Source of the DNA: Octopus sinensis
Lineage: Eukaryota
Assembly: GCF_006345805.1 (NCBI RefSeq)
Contig: NC_043011.1
Span: 58,602,464-58,666,463 of the forward strand
Reading direction: 5' to 3'
DNA: 64,000 bases
Under the pieces are notes generated by a model. That model saw only the letters and a list, made by a program, of their open reading frames with translations. It was not told the DNA's origin and ran no database searches. Below, in pieces: positions 26,621-39,499 of this stretch. Positions within the stretch are counted from its first letter, which is position 1, and every line of letters starts with the position of its first letter. The position numbers were made by a program, and so were the translations under genes.

Positions 26621-27819
26621 ATAAATAACGTTAATAAGAAAAACGAAATATTTGTATATTTTGTGGTTATTGTGTGCTTATTGGGTGTCACAAATTATTG
26701 CGATTGTAGGGTGAGAGAATAGATATACAAAATGATTTATTCTGGAAAGTGGCATGTGCATTGTTGTAGTCTCTCCCAGTTGAATTACATGGAAGCATAA
26801 TCTACATTTTAGGAATTTTCGTGTAAATAAACCAAACATATCTGTTATTCTTTACAATTCTGTGAAATGTGGGAAACTGGTGCCATCTTGTGAAAGTATA
26901 TAGTTTCTATTTTATTTGCTTTAAATAAATTGTAAATGACGATGAGTAATTTTAGGTTCAAATTTTGGCAAAAAAGCATCAATTTTGGGGCTCATATCCA
27001 CCCCAGTGTTTAACTGCTACTTATGTTATCGACCTCGAAAAGATGAAAAATAAATTCGACCGCAGTGGAATTTGAACTCAGAACATACGCACGGACAAAA
27101 TTCTGCGAAGTATTTTGCGAACGATTTTGCCTTAAATGGTGAAAATTAATATCAATTTCAGCATAATTAAGGAAATATAAAACATACTTCCCAACTGGGA
27201 AAATTTGTAATCTTACAAGAAAACTTACGTTAATAAATGTTAATATCAGTTGAATGTGCACCGACTGATACCGATATCTGCATTATAAATAGATATACAG
27301 CTTAAATGCCATTAACTTTAATATATACATTGAGCTTGGCATTTTTGTCATTTTAAATTAATTGCACGCTGCACTATCAAATCATCGCCGTGTTACTTAT
27401 CTACTCTACTGGCAGATACAAGATGAACGAGGCGGAAATGGTTCATATAATGATACAACTAGTGTTTGATAAATTGGCAACTTTTAGCTGGGCAATTCCA
27501 TAAATATTTTGCTTATTATTTGAAAATTCATTTAATTAGTAAAACTAATGTCACTGTCAGTATTACATTTGCTTAACATTTTCATAAAGCGAAGAATTCA
27601 TTGCTGCTAGCATTCAATTCCCCATTCACTATACATCAAATGAGCACCAACTTAGGGGGTTTTAGTTGAACATATCAAACCCAGAATTTAATATTTGTAG
27701 CCCGAGTACTTATTCTATCGGTCACTTCTGCCGAATCGTTAATTTACAGAGCCAATTTACCCGCAAGGATTGTATATCCCTACAAAACTAATTTGGAAAT
27801 ATACGTATATATATATAAG

Positions 27820-27915
27820 ACGAAGACAGGTGGTCTACTAAACAAACAGATGTATGAGTATAACGCTCAGGAATAGAAAAAGTCTTTTAGGTTTAGAGCC
27901 TACGCTCTTCTAAAT
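27820..27915 (-). mobile_element. Decayed copy of the 57660-type Penelope-like repeat
   Basis: CGAAGACAGGTGG..TATAACGCTCAGGAATAGAAAAAGTCTTTTAGGTTTAGAGCCTACGCTCTTC; hammerhead core mutated. Confidence 0.8.
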
Positions 27916-28554
27916 ACATATATATATATATACACATATACAAAGATGGTACGAGAACGCAAAACATCCAGACAGCTAGGTGATACAAAAAAAGGGACAA
28001 CAAAACATCCACACATACGATACAAAGAAAATAAGGATGGGTCATTAGGATTTTTCTTTCCTCAGTCGAGTTCCAGATTATCTTTGCAATTTCAACTGGT
28101 TGTACTCGAGATTGCTCTAGTTTGTGTACAGACACACAAACACACACACACACACACACACAAACACAGGTATAAATAGATACATATCTGGGTATAAATA
28201 TCTAATGTATATACTTACTATTGTGACAATACAGGGTAGAAATCACAACCGAGAGACAAAAGTAGCTGATCTGAAATTAGAATATTGATTGCGGGAATAA
28301 CTGTTTAAGAGGGTACCAACAGCTGATACCAGAAGTTCTCTTATCTTGAAGTATCACGTCTGAGTTAGGTTACAGCGGTTGCACAGGATTAATAGTGAAC
28401 GAGTTTTTATACTTTGGATATTGAAGCATGAAACAAATACGGAATAATGAGGATTCAACCAACAATTGTAAATCATAATTCTCTCAAACTCATTCTCTTT
28501 CATGATGTTGAAGTAATTCATTATTGATACACGATGGATATAATAAAACGCCTA

Positions 28555-28598
<44 letters not shown>

Positions 28599-28789
28599 AA
28601 TCTATCCTTTAATAACAACTCCCACATTACGATTAGATAAATGTACATATACTGACTCTGTTGGTAAACTTTTATAATGCTTAGAGGAATATCTCTCGAA
28701 CCACGAAATCATTAAATGAAAGAGTAAAAATTTATAGAACAAATAAAACAATATTTAATAGGATTATTATTACTATTATTATTATTATG

Positions 28790-29010
28790 AAGGCGGAGAG
28801 CTGGCAGAGTCGTTGGCGCGTTGGGAAAGATGGCTCACAGAATTTCTTCTCACATTTTACATTCTGAGTTAAAATTTCGCCGAGGTTTTTCATCCTTTTG
28901 CGATGGATAAGATAAGTACTAGTTACGGAATGGAGTCGATGAAAGCGACTTAGTCCGTCTCCACCTAAATTTCGCGCCTCTGGTTCAGAAGGATTATCAG
29001 TGTAATAAGA
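28790..29010 (+). mobile_element. SINE family C, diverged copy
   Basis: AAGGCGGAGAGCTGGCAGAGTCGTT head. Confidence 0.8.
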
Positions 29011-29059
29011 CGGCAAGATGACATAATCGAGTTCAAATCGCGCCGATAATATAAGTACC

Positions 29060-29301
29060 TACTTCTTTGCTACCCACAGGGGCTAAACACAGAGAGGACA
29101 AACAAGGACAGACAAAAGGATTAAGTCGATTATATCGACCCAAGTGCGTAACTGATACTTATTTAATAGCTCCCCCTCCTCCGAAAGGATGAAAAGCAAA
29201 GTCGACCTCGGCGGAATTTGAACTCAGAACGTAGCGGCAACGGATAAATACCCCAAAGTATTTCACCCGGCATGCTAACGTTTCTGCCAGCTAGCCGCCT
29301 T
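29060..29301 (-). mobile_element. SINE family C, full length
   Basis: Reverse-complement match; TSD-like AT(A/G)ATATAAGTA. Confidence 0.95.
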
Positions 29302-31385
29302 CATGATATAAGTAATATAAGTATCATTTAAACACTGGGGTCATTCTAATCGAACTATCCCACCCCCTGAATTGCCGGCCTGGTGCCAAAATATGAAATC
29401 ATCATCATCATCATAACCTCAATATTCTACGTCAACATCTGCTACAGTGAAATGTTAAATTCTTAATGAAACTCAAAATAGTAAAATTAAGAGAGGCTTA
29501 TGCATTCTGGTGTAACCATTTTTCCAAGTAAAACGCATAGATGTGCTTGAGAGAAGTATGTGCGAAGATGTTGAGTTCATTATAGTTAACGACATTTTAA
29601 AGTGTACGTTATTCAGTGGAATGAACTTGTGGTGAATGCATAGAGTTCGTGTACATCTGCCTGGCGCTCTAAAAGAGACAGAGAAATACAACAACATCAC
29701 AAACTTGTATAGAAATGTAAATATTTCGGAGAGAACTAGAAAAGAGCCAGAAAGTCTGTCGATGCGAGCGCAGTGAAATAATATTAAAGAGGTAAACTAA
29801 AGAATTATCCATGTTTAGCGGGCTTCCATTTCGTGACATAACATGGGTATATCGTTCAAAACATTTATAACAAACGTAAAAATGACACGAATCTTGATTA
29901 AGCATTAATAACGAGTAGGGTACTCGGTAAATTCGGATATTTTCAACTATTTGCAATGAAAAGCTGCCAATTTGTTTTTGTTTTTTCTTCACTCAACATA
30001 CACAATTCTCCAAAGCTGAAGAATATTCTACCTTGCACTCTGTACTTAGAAACCAACTAACAAAATATATAAATACATAAACCAATTTAGTATCAACAGA
30101 AATTGTGTTTTTGCCGAAATAAAGTTGTATATATATATATATATATATATAAAAGAACCAATTTTCACATATTTCTCTCTGACCGTTTTCCATTTTAATG
30201 TCACTCTGTTTCATTCTTATCGTGAATATATTTTCCTAACGGCATACACTCTCGTTACATAAGGCCAACGTACTTAACCAAACATATTAACCTTTTCGTT
30301 CTTGGCATCAACATCTTCCTTGCTTTTTCCTTCTTTTGGAATTCAAGTACAAATATTTTGTCTCTTTGAGCATTAAAACTTTGTCGACAGTATATGAAAC
30401 AAGCCTTTATTTTCATTTTATGTATATTTTCATTAGTTGGCATCCGTTCAATTATTCTGCAGATTCCTATTAAACAACTTTCGCAAAAGCAGTTTCGACG
30501 TCGTAATGAAGTAGTTGGCAGAGTCGATTGCAAGAGGCATTACAGAAGGAACATTCCGTTAATGAGGGATTCTATTCTCAGTCGTATTAGGCCCGTTAGA
30601 AATAGCAGGCAATCCATTTATTTCTAAAATCACAATTTTTAACGTCTTAAAGAATTATGGTATCAAGTGAATATTTCCTACTAAAATTCTTATGATCTTT
30701 AGTCTGTTAGTTGTAAGCAAAGTTAACGCCATAAATTAGCTTCGATAACAGTTGTTAACGCGATCAAGAATTCTTTATTTTCAGCAACGTTGTATCTTCT
30801 CTAGCAGAAACAGTAAATCTGTCTCTCAGCTTTATACAATGTATCAGTACGCACCATAATAATTATAAGTAACAATCCTATATAATTTACGAAAGGTTTG
30901 TTAGTAAGAAAGGCATAAACGGCATTTCTGTTATATTCTTAAGTCGAACTAGAAGCATCGACAGTTCTCACCTTGACTCCGTTCCAAAAAAATAAGGAAT
31001 CTTTTAACCAATAATATATAAGATCGTCAGAGTAAAATCACACCATTGCATGACCTTTATAATAGTAATTTAAACACCATAAACACTTCTGAATAATTCG
31101 TTTTCTACAAGACCGAAGAAATTCTTATTGAGTAGCAGCGCAAGATTGTTAGTGTAATTAAATAAAGTGGTACGCTAAAATCTTATTCCACATTGCGTCG
31201 TCTGATTTCTGTTGACACACTGACTCTCTCTCTCTCTCTGTGTATCACACACACATGCACATAATACATACACAGAGCATAGACAGTTACACAAATACAT
31301 ACATACACACATATATATATATATCTACATTTATAAATCTACATATATATACATATATATATATATATAATTATATATATATATA

Positions 31386-31467
<82 letters not shown>

Positions 31468-31635
31468 CATATATAGGTATACAGGAACCTAAGCTGTGCA
31501 AATTCAATTCATGTGTGCAAGATATTTAATCACTGAAAGTGCAAATACACGCATATACACTACACACGAAAATACACATACGGCCTCAGATACATACATA
31601 CATAATACATACATACATACAACATACATACATAC

Positions 31636-31728
<93 letters not shown>

Positions 31729-32149
31729 ACAAACACACACATGTATATAATACGTACATATATAATACATGCACATATATAATACGTACATACATACATA
31801 TACATATATGTGTGTGTTTATGTAAATATATTTGTATGTGGTGTGTGTGTGTTATAGTGATACATAAACCGTCCATACCGAAACAAAAGTGGAACACCTG
31901 CACAAAGACTGATGAAGAAATCAGTCTTTCTTCTTATAATCTAATTTCCATAGTCATGTGATATTATTCTAATTTGAAAATTGTCTAAGCTTTTTTTTTC
32001 TTTTTTTCTTTTTGTCATACTATTTATTTATTTCCGTTGTGTTTTCTTCTCATTTACAGCATTAATATGCTCGTGCAGGCTTCATGCAAATTGCCTATGA
32101 ATTTTATTATTTCGTATAAATATCTAAGGACATTATCTAATTTTGAAGC

Positions 32150-32600
32150 TATGATTTATTTTCCATCCATCCATTTTTGCCCGCCAGTATTTCTTGGAGA
32201 ATCTTTGGCAATAGATTCTTCAGACATTTCCTCCATACGGCCTCATCAGAAGCAACTCTTATTATCTTTTCTCGCTTGATTCTCAAGCGTGTCGAACTCA
32301 TATTATGAATATTATCCGTCCATCTCTTTATTGCTCTCTCTCTACTGATTTCGTCTTTCATTTTGTTCGGCTCGAAGAATCCGACCTGCGATTCTTTCTT
32401 GTGACCTCATAATCACATATCTCTAACATTAGAACTGTTACCTCTGAATTCTGTAGAGTAGCGGCTCGACCTGGAAGCCATCCCTGATAAACGGTCTGTT
32501 TATGTTTATCAAGTACGTGATTCGTGTAAGAATATAACTGGTTTTTGCTTTTCAATGCAAATTCTATAACGTCAGAGACCAATAAAACATATCTGGAAGC
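32150..32600 (-). mobile_element. RTE-type LINE 3' end relic
   Basis: RAIKRWTDNIHNMSSTRL..IIRVASDEAVWRKCL matches the RTE C-terminal RW.DNI..A.DR..WR pattern. Confidence 0.6.
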
Positions 32601-32651
32601 TAAAAGTAAAAACCTAGACTGCCTAGTAACAAGTAGAGAAACCCAAATTGA

Positions 32652-32886
32652 ATTGTTTCTTTATTGCCCACCAGGGGCTAAACACAGAGAGGACAAACAA
32701 GGACATACAAACGGATTAAGTCGATTACATCGACCCCAGTGCGTAACTGGTACTTAATTTATCGACCCCGAAAGGATGAAAGGCAAAGTCGACCTCGGCG
32801 GAATTTGAACTCAGAACGTAACGGCTGACGAAATATGGCTACACATTTCGCCCGGCATGCTAACGATTCTGCCAACTCACCGCCTT
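32652..32886 (-). mobile_element. SINE family C, full length
   Basis: Reverse-complement match. Confidence 0.95.
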
Positions 32887-33639
32887 AGAAACCAACTTTG
32901 AATAAGAAGTCGGTTACTCGCCAGAATAAATGACAGAGATAAAAGACATCGTTACAATAAACGATAAAGGAAAACTCGCACTACTCATTATGTTGAATGG
33001 TATATAAATGACAGACAATGCAATCTATATAATAATTGCTTAGTCACATACATTGCTGAAGAGACTTGATATAGCACAAAAGTGCATAAAAGGGGTTGTG
33101 ATTTAAAGCCCCAACCATCAATAAAGGGAATCAAAATTAAAAACAGACAGGAATAAATAAAATTCTGCACCGTCTTGCAAAATTTTACATTTTTACAGCG
33201 ACTTTCATTTTTCATTTTCCTACCTGGGCATCACGGACAAGGGAAAAATCAATCTTGAACTTTATTAAGCATATGTGTTAGGTAATTTAACCAAATATCA
33301 TTGTAACATGAAAAAAATATATAAAATCGGATACGAAAGGAAAGAGATTGTGTTTACGGTTATGTTGAAAGATCTGAACAAACTGTAGCTTGCCTCACTG
33401 AAAGAAAAAACAACAAACTACCAACAAAAGAAACGATCAGAAATTTTGGAAACGATCAAAACAGCAAAATGATCATGCAACATGTATCGATTATTCAATT
33501 TTAGTGATGAGCAAACATAAATAACTTATTTCATTGAATTTAAATGCAAAATTGATTCCATTTCACTGAAAAGAAAAAAAAATGATTTTTCTCAAAACAA
33601 AAAACATTCAGAAAGCATAGATTTAAAACGTGTCTACAC

Positions 33640-33684
<45 letters not shown>

Positions 33685-33832
33685 CGCACACACACACGCG
33701 CACGCACTCATACACATACATGCAAACATGCATATATATATTTGTATATATGTATATTTGTGTGAATATATATATTTATGTATGGACACATATATAGCTG
33801 CGAAAATATTATATACTGTATATATAGATATA

Positions 33833-34225
33833 TTCTTTTATTCTTTTATTATTTTACTTGATTTCTTCATTTGACTGTGGCCATGCTGGAGCACCGCCTT
33901 TCGTCGAACCCAGCACGTATTCTTTATAAGCCTAGTACTTATTCTATCGATATTTTTTGCCGAATCGCTAAGTTACGGGGAAGTAAAAACACCAACATCG
34001 GTTTTCAAGCGAAGGTGGGGGACAAACACAGACAGAAATAACAAACACACACATACATATATACGACGGGCTTCTATCAGTTTCCGTTTAACAAATCCAC
34101 TTAAGGCTTTGATCGGCACGAGGATATAGTAGAAGACACTTGCCCAAGGTGTTACGCAGTGCGACTGAACCTGGAATCATGTGGTTGGTAAGCAAGCTTC
34201 TTACCACACAGCCATACCTCCGCCT
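33833..34225 (-). mobile_element. SINE family A, full length
   Basis: Reverse complement of the 34312 copy. Confidence 0.9.
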
Positions 34226-34311
34226 ATAAATATGTACGGGCACATATATAACTGCAAATATATTACATACTGTGTGTGTGTATATATTTATATTTGTATT
34301 TGTATATATAT

Positions 34312-34717
34312 AGGCGCAGGAGTGGCTGTGTGGTAGGTAGCTTGCTTACCAACCACATGGTTCCGGGTTCAGTCGCACTACGTGGCACCTTGGGCAAGTG
34401 CCTTCTACTATAGCCACGGGCCGACCAAAGCCTTGTGAGTGGATTTGGTAGACGGAAACTGAAAGAAGCACGTCGTATATATGTATATATTTGTGTATGT
34501 TTGTTTGTGTGTCTGTGTTTGTCTCCCCAACATCGCTTGACAACCGATGCTGGTGTGTTTACGTCCCCGTTAACTTAGCGGTTCGGCATATTGAATCGAT
34601 AGAATAAGTACTAGGCTTACAGAGGGGTCGATTTGCTGGGGTCGATTTGCTCGACTAAAGGCGGTGCTCCAGCATGGCCGTGGTCAAATGACTGAAACAA
34701 GTAAAAGAGTAAAAAGA

Positions 34718-34720
<3 letters not shown>
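34312..34720 (+). mobile_element. SINE family A, full length (AGGCGCAGGAGTGGCTGTGTGG...AAAAGAGTA)
   Basis: tRNA-like head, CCTTGGGCAAGTG CORE-like segment, (AAAAGAGT)n tail. Confidence 0.95.
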
Positions 34721-34775
<55 letters not shown>

Positions 34776-34843
34776 CCGGAGTAAACACATCAATGTGAAA
34801 CAAGGTAGAAAAAAGAGTACTCAAATACCAGTGGTAGAGTAAC

Positions 34844-34937
34844 ATGCTTTATTTAAAGCAGCAGAAAATTCAACAAAGCCTGTTGAAACTTAGAGTAACA
34901 GGTTTTGTTGAATTTTCTGCTGCTTTAAATAAAGTAT
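34844..34937. repeat. 41-bp-arm hairpin with 12-nt loop GAAACTTAGAGT
   Basis: Arms 34844-34884 and 34897-34937, two G:U wobbles only. Confidence 0.9.
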
Positions 34938-34984
<47 letters not shown>

Positions 34985-35240
34985 GCATACATAAATAAAT
35001 AAATTCATATAGGCATACAAAGAAACCCGTTGTGTATGCTGTAAGGTCACACAGTATAACAATGTTATAATACAACAATGCAGCCATAAGTACCCTGGTA
35101 CTGAAATAAATATGTTTTATATTTCTGAAACCCAGTTAAAAATAAAATCGATGGCGTATAAAATACATATTGTGCGATGCTGATGTATATCTATAATTAT
35201 GTGTGCGCGCCTTTCTATACATACATGTATATAAGCAATT

Positions 35241-35623
35241 GGAGGCGCAATGGCCCAGTGGTTAGGGCAGCGGACTCGCGGGCATAGGATCGCGGTTTCG
35301 ATTCCCAGACCGAGCGTTGTGAGTGTTTATTGAGCGAAAACACCTAAAGCTCCACGAGTCTCCGGCAGGGGATGGTGGTGATCCCTGCTGTACTCTTTCA
35401 CCACAACTTTCTCTCACTCTTTCTTCCTGTTTCTGTTGTACCTGTATTTCAAGGGGCCGGCCTTGTCACTCTCTGTGTCACGCTGAATATCCCCGAGAAC
35501 TACGTTAAGGGTACACGTGTCTGTGGAGTGCTCAGCCACTTACACGTTAATTTCACGAGCAGACTGTTCCGTTGATTCGGATCAACCGGAACCCTCGTCG
35601 TCGTAACCGACGGAGTGCTTCCA
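35241..35623 (+). mobile_element. Full-length tRNA-derived SINE (head 1 + tail 1)
   Basis: A and B boxes; perfect 10-bp TSD ATAAGCAATT at 35231-35240/35624-35633. Confidence 0.95.
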
Positions 35624-36407
35624 ATAAGCAATTATGTGTAACATTGTCACTGCAGCCGGATTACAATGGCAAGTCGAAATTTGCCGTAACCGCGATTTGA
35701 ACAGAGAACATAGAAGACTGTGACCAAAAGACACAATTCGATTCATTTATTCCGTTGCCTTGACAACCTCTTCCTCCACTATTCATCCTCAATTATGTAT
35801 TCACAAACGCTCATATATTTCTTTACCACAGACTTATCAATTTTGACCCGTAAATATTTCATGAAATAGTTTATGTAAAATGGTTTTATTAACGCTTATT
35901 TATTTACGTGCACTGGCAGCTCTTTTACTAAAACAGAATAAATCTGAAAAGGAAATTAACTTTTTTTCTTTATTTATTTATTGACACTTCTATTTCTACT
36001 TGTCGAAACATTATGTGTTTTAGATTTTGTGGTAGTTTTGTAAATAACTGAATTCAAATCTCTTACATTGGATGCTCTTAAATAATAAACTCGACTCTTC
36101 GTAGCCTCTTTTCATTGAAGAGGACGTAAATATGCACGAGGGAAGATTTACAAAATGGTAGTTTAAATATGATCACTGTTGTGTTCAGAAATCGTCACTC
36201 GCGGTATGAATACAAACCGCATGCAGAAAAACGGAAAACATAGACAGCGGAAACCACACACTTGCATGTATGTATATATGTATGTATGTATATATGCATG
36301 TATGTATGTATGTATCTATGTATGCATGTATGTATGAATTTATGTATTTATGTATATATGTATGTATGCATGCACGCATGTATGTATGTATTTGTATGTA
36401 TATATGT

Positions 36408-36637
36408 ATTTCTTTATTGCCCACAAGGGACTAAACATAGAGAGGACAAACAAGGACAGACAAATGGATTAAGTCTATTACATCGACCCCAGTGCGAAAC
36501 TGGTACTTAATTTATCGACCCCGAAAGGATGAAAGGCAAAGTCAACCTCAGCGCAATTTGAACTCAGAACGTAACGGCAGACGAAATACGGCTACGCATT
36601 TCGCCCAGTGTGCTAACGTTTCTGCCAGCTCGCCGCC
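36408..36637 (-). mobile_element. SINE family C, full length
   Basis: Reverse-complement match. Confidence 0.95.
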
Positions 36638-37291
36638 TCTCTTTTTGTATGTATGTATATATGAGTGTAAGTATGCATGTATGTACGTATGGAGCGCTGT
36701 TAGATTTGTGCTATTTATCAAAAATGTTCTCATTTTGTTTTAAGAAAGATTCCGTCATATATCCGTATACGTTACTTCCGTTTAACTTAAACCAACAATG
36801 TCTTTAAGTGTATGATGTGAATGCTAGACCTTTATAGGTGTATACTACGTTGTGAGAGATGTAAAAATATATGTTGCAACATTTTATATGGATGAAGCAT
36901 TCTAAAAAGAAATGGCTACTCTACAATTCTACAGACTAAAATACACTGTTATCCAGAGTGAACGGTCTCACAACGTAATGGATCCTACCATATACAAACG
37001 TAAGCAAACCTAAAACATGTACATTAAACACTGCGTATATTAAAAGAGTCGAAAACAAAAATATAACCAGTATTATCTGACTGAAATACTCGGCGTGGAA
37101 TGTTTTCAAACTTCATTCAGTTCCCTATTAGACAAAACCCAAAAGGCATCGCTGATATCCATAGACTAACGCTAATGAAATATAACAGTAAATGTAAAAC
37201 AACATATATAAATCGAGTCATACAAATATAAACTCTAGGACTAATTAATATCGTGTGTGATTCCCATTTTATGAACTTATGATTTGAATTT

Positions 37292-37802
37292 CAGCGTGGA
37301 AGGTGTTTATATGCCATTTAAGAAACACACAAAAACTGTTAGATTCACTTCAACATTTAAGTTTAATTTGTCAAAATATTTTCGTCGCTTTGAGACCGCG
37401 ACCTGTTCACTGACAAAACTTCGTGCTGCATCTGTTATAATTAATATAATAGAATTAACTAAAATATAATTCCAGGACATCCCCGCCAAACTAAAAAATA
37501 CTTTTTCAATGGCTTTTAAAGCAGAAAACGCGTAGTTACAAGTAAAATGGTAATTATAAAAACGAGAATGCAAAACCTCGTGCTGCACGAAGTTTTGTCA
37601 GAGATGCAGCACGAAGTTTTGTCAGTGAACAGGTCGCGGTCTCAAAGAGACGAAAATATTTTGACAAATTAAATTTAAATGTTGAAGTGAATCTAACGGT
37701 TTTTGCGTGTTTCTTAAATGGCTTATAAACACCTTCACGCTGCAATTGTTTTCGTTCCAGCACACGATCTCAGATCAAGTCACTTGCTATGCAAGTACAT
37801 CT
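37292..37802. mobile_element. Foldback composite element (inverted ~150-bp arms around a ~140-bp spacer), probably Penelope-derived
   Basis: 37292-37432 is the reverse complement of 37602-37742; each arm has a hammerhead-like motif. Confidence 0.85.
37618..37668 (+). ncRNA. Minimal hammerhead-like motif, G3-C8 variant (minus-strand copies at 37367-37417 and 41964-42014)
   Basis: TTTGTCA-GTGAACA-G-GTCGC(GGTCTCAAA)GCGAC-GAAA-ATATT-T-TGACAAA: 7-bp stem I, 5-bp stem II, palindromic AATATT stem III. This copy has GAGAC where the minus copies have GCGAC. Confidence 0.7.
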
Positions 37803-38150
37803 CCGATATTTAATTTGCAAACGTGAATATTGTAAGCTTCGTAACTACTTGTGTTATATTGAGCCTTTGTTTTTCACCCGTTCAAAACGAGTCGTCAAAT
37901 TAATTCTTGGAACACCGTGCTGGTGTTTCTCCGTCATCACGTTAAACGAGGCTAATTAGGTAACTGAAATAATTAGCAAAACTATTATAACATCGGCAAC
38001 GGCCTTCTAGGCATTAAATGGCGAATAAACGTCGATATGTATGCGCGCGTGTGTGTGTTTATGCGTGTGAGTTTGCTTGTGTGTGAGTGCGTGCGCGTGT
38101 TCGTGTGTGCTTCTATGATCGTATGCATGTACATATATATATAGAGAGGG

Positions 38151-38380
38151 AAGGCGGCGAGCTGGCAGACACACTAGCGCGCCGGGCGAAATGCTTAGCG
38201 GTATTTCGTCTGTCGTTATGTTCTGAGTTCAAATTCCGCCGAGGTCGACTTTGCCTTTCATCATTTCGGCGTCGATAAATTAAGTACCAGTCTCGCACTG
38301 GGGTCGATGTAATCGACTGAATCCGTTTGTCTGTCCTTGTTTGTCCCCTCTGTGTTTAGCCCCTTGTGGGTAGTAAAGAA
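38151..38380 (+). mobile_element. SINE family C, full length
   Basis: Matches the 26384 copy. Confidence 0.95.
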
Positions 38381-39499
38381 CTATATATATTCATAGAGGG
38401 AGAGCAAAGAGACGTTCGGAAGTCATGATATATGATGATGATATGTTCACTGGCATAGTGCTACAGAGAGGTTACGTTCAGAGTATATTGATGATATCTC
38501 AAAATCTAAAAACGTTACGAGAAAAGGGGTGACTAGGTGTTGCAGAGTTCATGCCTCACCAAATTGATTAACAGTGTATCGAACATGAAATGGCGTCATA
38601 TACGAATTGCTTTATACGTTACGCATGATAAATGGTAAGATCAGTCATGCCTTTGACAGTCCACAAAATTATTCTTTGATAACTTTTTTTTATATATATT
38701 CCAATTTTTCTCTGATCTATGACTCACGCTTAAAGCTAACGAAAAATGGCGCTAGGTTTGGTGTCTGAATTATAAGATTCATTGTGGGAATGTAAAAAAA
38801 AAAGACGAATAAAATTTTTAGTATGTGTATTATCTTTGATACAGTCGTAAAACCATATGGAAAATTTTACTTTCTTTGACTTGTCCTTATTCTTCATCTT
38901 GTTTTCGTCCTTTTCCTTGTTTTCTCTGTTATTCTTATTCGTGATGTCACTGATTATCCATTTCTTATTCATAGAATCTGGTTTCTGGTTTCTTATGTTG
39001 TTTCGCTTGGTCTTGTTTTTATGTTTTAACTTTGATCACTACAGAGTTATATGTCTAAATCAAGTCCAGATCTCGCCCGTAATCAGAGGCGTAGCTGGTA
39101 CTCATGACAGGAAACCGAGGACGGTTATTGGATTTGTTCAAAATAGCAGTAAGATGCTAAGTGCATGTTGATTGAGTAATAGGTATTTGTCATAATACGA
39201 GACCTATCTGATATTACATAAATTGTATTGCTGTATCTAAAATTGTGACAAGGAAAGAAGAACTCGACGAATGCAACAGTAAAGTTAAGTGCAACTGAAC
39301 TATAGCAGACAGCAGACGGTTAAATGACGCACAATTTTTATGATATTGTCACACAGCAATCATGTGATAACGATTTGTTGAGAAATCTTAGTGAATTTTA
39401 AATTACAGAATGATGTTTTTGAGGTCAACGTATTTGTGGTGGAGCATAGTCGATAAAATAGTATCTATTTCTTGCGTGTTGATTTAAGCTATCGATTCC

